This document shows positions 22,786 through 24,000 of a DNA stretch of 24,000 nucleotides, piece after piece. Origin of the DNA: Rhizobium phage vB_RglS_P106B. Position 1 is the stretch's first letter. Each line of letters opens with the position of its first letter. The stretch is from sequence record NC_023566.1; one strand, 5' to 3'. Both the position numbers and the translations under genes were made by a program. The notes under the pieces are model-generated. The model had not been told where the DNA came from and ran no database searches. It saw nothing but the letters and a program-made list of their open reading frames with translations.

Positions 22786-24000
22786 CTATATCAGCAATTT
22801 TTTCGCTTCTTCAAGATAATATGCGTAATCCAGGTTGTCAAATCTGAAATCTCCGATATCGTTGCAGATAGCGACTTTATAACCGGCTTCAATTGCGTTC
22901 TCACGCATTTCGTATTTTGACTTATTTTTAGTATGAATGCGAGCGTCCCAATCGTTCGGACGACCTTGCGCCTCTAGCTCCGCATTGACTGCAAACCAAG
23001 TCAAGTCTGAAACGCCGTTCGCTCTCTTGTACGCGCCGATTTGTGCGCCTTTAGCCGGTGGCGATACCTTCGCCATCATACCGCCCTGCTTAGCGACGTA
23101 ATAACGCGTCGTCTTTTGTATCGGGTTGCGGTTCAATATTAACTGATCAACGCGACCAACTTTAATTCGAAGCATGAAGTCATAAGGATTGGTGCAAGTC
23201 TGCAAGAATGTTTCAATCGGTACGTTATAGACCATTGCAGCGACGGCGGCACGGATCGAAACGCAATTACCTAAATCCTTGTGCCATGCGGGCGGCTGCG
23301 CTTCTGATATCGATTGAGCATAATTCAAAGGGTCTGGCGTCCAATATGCGCCTTTCAACTTCAACTTGCCGTCAAAATCTTCCGCAATATAATTATTCAC
23401 GTCTCGAATGAACATGCGTTTATAATTAGCGTCTTCCAACGTCAGCTTTGTTTGCTTTTCCCATTCGCGGCACGTTGCAGCGGCTTGCGGTTCATAATCA
23501 CGATGAATGCTGTACGTTATACCATCGGTGTTCGCTTGAATGATTGTTAGTGTCGGAATTCGCAGCAACCATTCCACCAACATTGCAAGCATCAATTGAC
23601 CATTGATTGTAATGCTCATTGTGTATTTCGGATCATAGAACGGGCTGAATTCACTGTTGCTGTTGCCATATGTTCCATTTGCGGCAAGCTTCAAGCTGTT
23701 TGCTTCAACGCATTTCTTGCCTTTCTTAGCTTGCCACTCTTTGCGCTCTTTCGGCAAGTTCGAATATTCTTCAACAAACCGATGACCTAGATGTTCCGGG
23801 AACAAATGGTTGACGATACCGATTGACGGATAAAGGCTTGCAACGTCAATATCTCGAATAAGCCAATCATCTGTTGCGATGATGCGTTGACGCTCCACGG
23901 AACCGTGAATGCCGCCCGTTCCGAATGCGAATTTAATTCCACCAACGTTAGCAGTTAGACCGGCAAAAACGCCTTTAGTCTGGACCTTTTGAACCTTCCA
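22786..24000 (-). CDS. DNA polymerase, family B-like, C-terminal part (5' end outside the window)
   Basis: Motif A 'DIDVASLYPSI', motif B 'NSLKLAANGTYGN', motif C-like 'QANTDGITY'. The frame stays open beyond the listed start to base 24000 (WKVQKVQTKGVFAGLTANVGGIKFAFGTGGIHGS...). Confidence 0.82.
   Translation of the reverse strand, partial: WKVQKVQTKGVFAGLTANVGGIKFAFGTGGIHGSVERQRIIATDDWLIRDIDVASLYPSIGIVNHLFPEHLGHRFVEEYSNLPKERKEWQAKKGKKCVEANSLKLAANGTYGNSNSEFSPFYDPKYTMSITINGQLMLAMLVEWLLRIPTLTIIQANTDGITYSIHRDYEPQAAATCREWEKQTKLTLEDANYKRMFIRDVNNYIAEDFDGKLKLKGAYWTPDPLNYAQSISEAQPPAWHKDLGNCVSIRAAVAAMVYNVPIETFLQTCTNPYDFMLRIKVGRVDQLILNRNPIQKTTRYYVAKQGGMMAKVSPPAKGAQIGAYKRANGVSDLTWFAVNAELEAQGRPNDWDARIHTKNKSKYEMRENAIEAGYKVAICNDIGDFRFDNLDYAYYLEEAKKLLI

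Noticed and set aside
22100-24000. Plus-strand ORFs opposite the polymerase (23208..23411, 23314..23550, 23596..23790)
   Set aside because: Antisense to a gene with clear polymerase motifs. No supporting signals.
1-24000. tRNA genes, CRISPR arrays, integrase or attachment sites
   Set aside because: I found no convincing cloverleaf, regular spacer/repeat array or integrase-like ORF by eye. tRNAscan-SE and a repeat finder would be needed to exclude them fully.

Overview
The window is a tailed-phage (siphovirus-like) genome segment or prophage. Left to right it shows: the C-terminal part of an SGNH-type esterase; head-completion and connector genes (DnaT-like adaptor, SPP1 gp7/Mu F-like head morphogenesis protein, HK97 gp10-like protein, tail terminator); a major tail protein with an Ig-like domain; a tail assembly chaperone pair joined by a likely programmed -1 frameshift (absent from the ORF track); a tape measure gene split by a perfect 104-bp duplication plus inverted-repeat rearrangement; lambda M/L/K/I/J-like tail tip proteins; a tail-collar fibre; GH24 endolysin; overlapping spanins; a small wHTH-like gene; lipoproteins; and the C-terminal part of a family B DNA polymerase on the minus strand. 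A compact, overlapping minus-strand cassette (3943-7189) interrupts the structural operon. It encodes a CobS/MoxR-like AAA+ ATPase, a protein with a degenerate VWA-like domain, two small proteins between them, and a DUF4406-type protein. Two structural-region proteins share an unusual N-terminal leader-like sequence ('MK[ST].L..[IL].A[ST]AFAN..AA'). Family assignments come from motifs recognised by eye. No database search was run.
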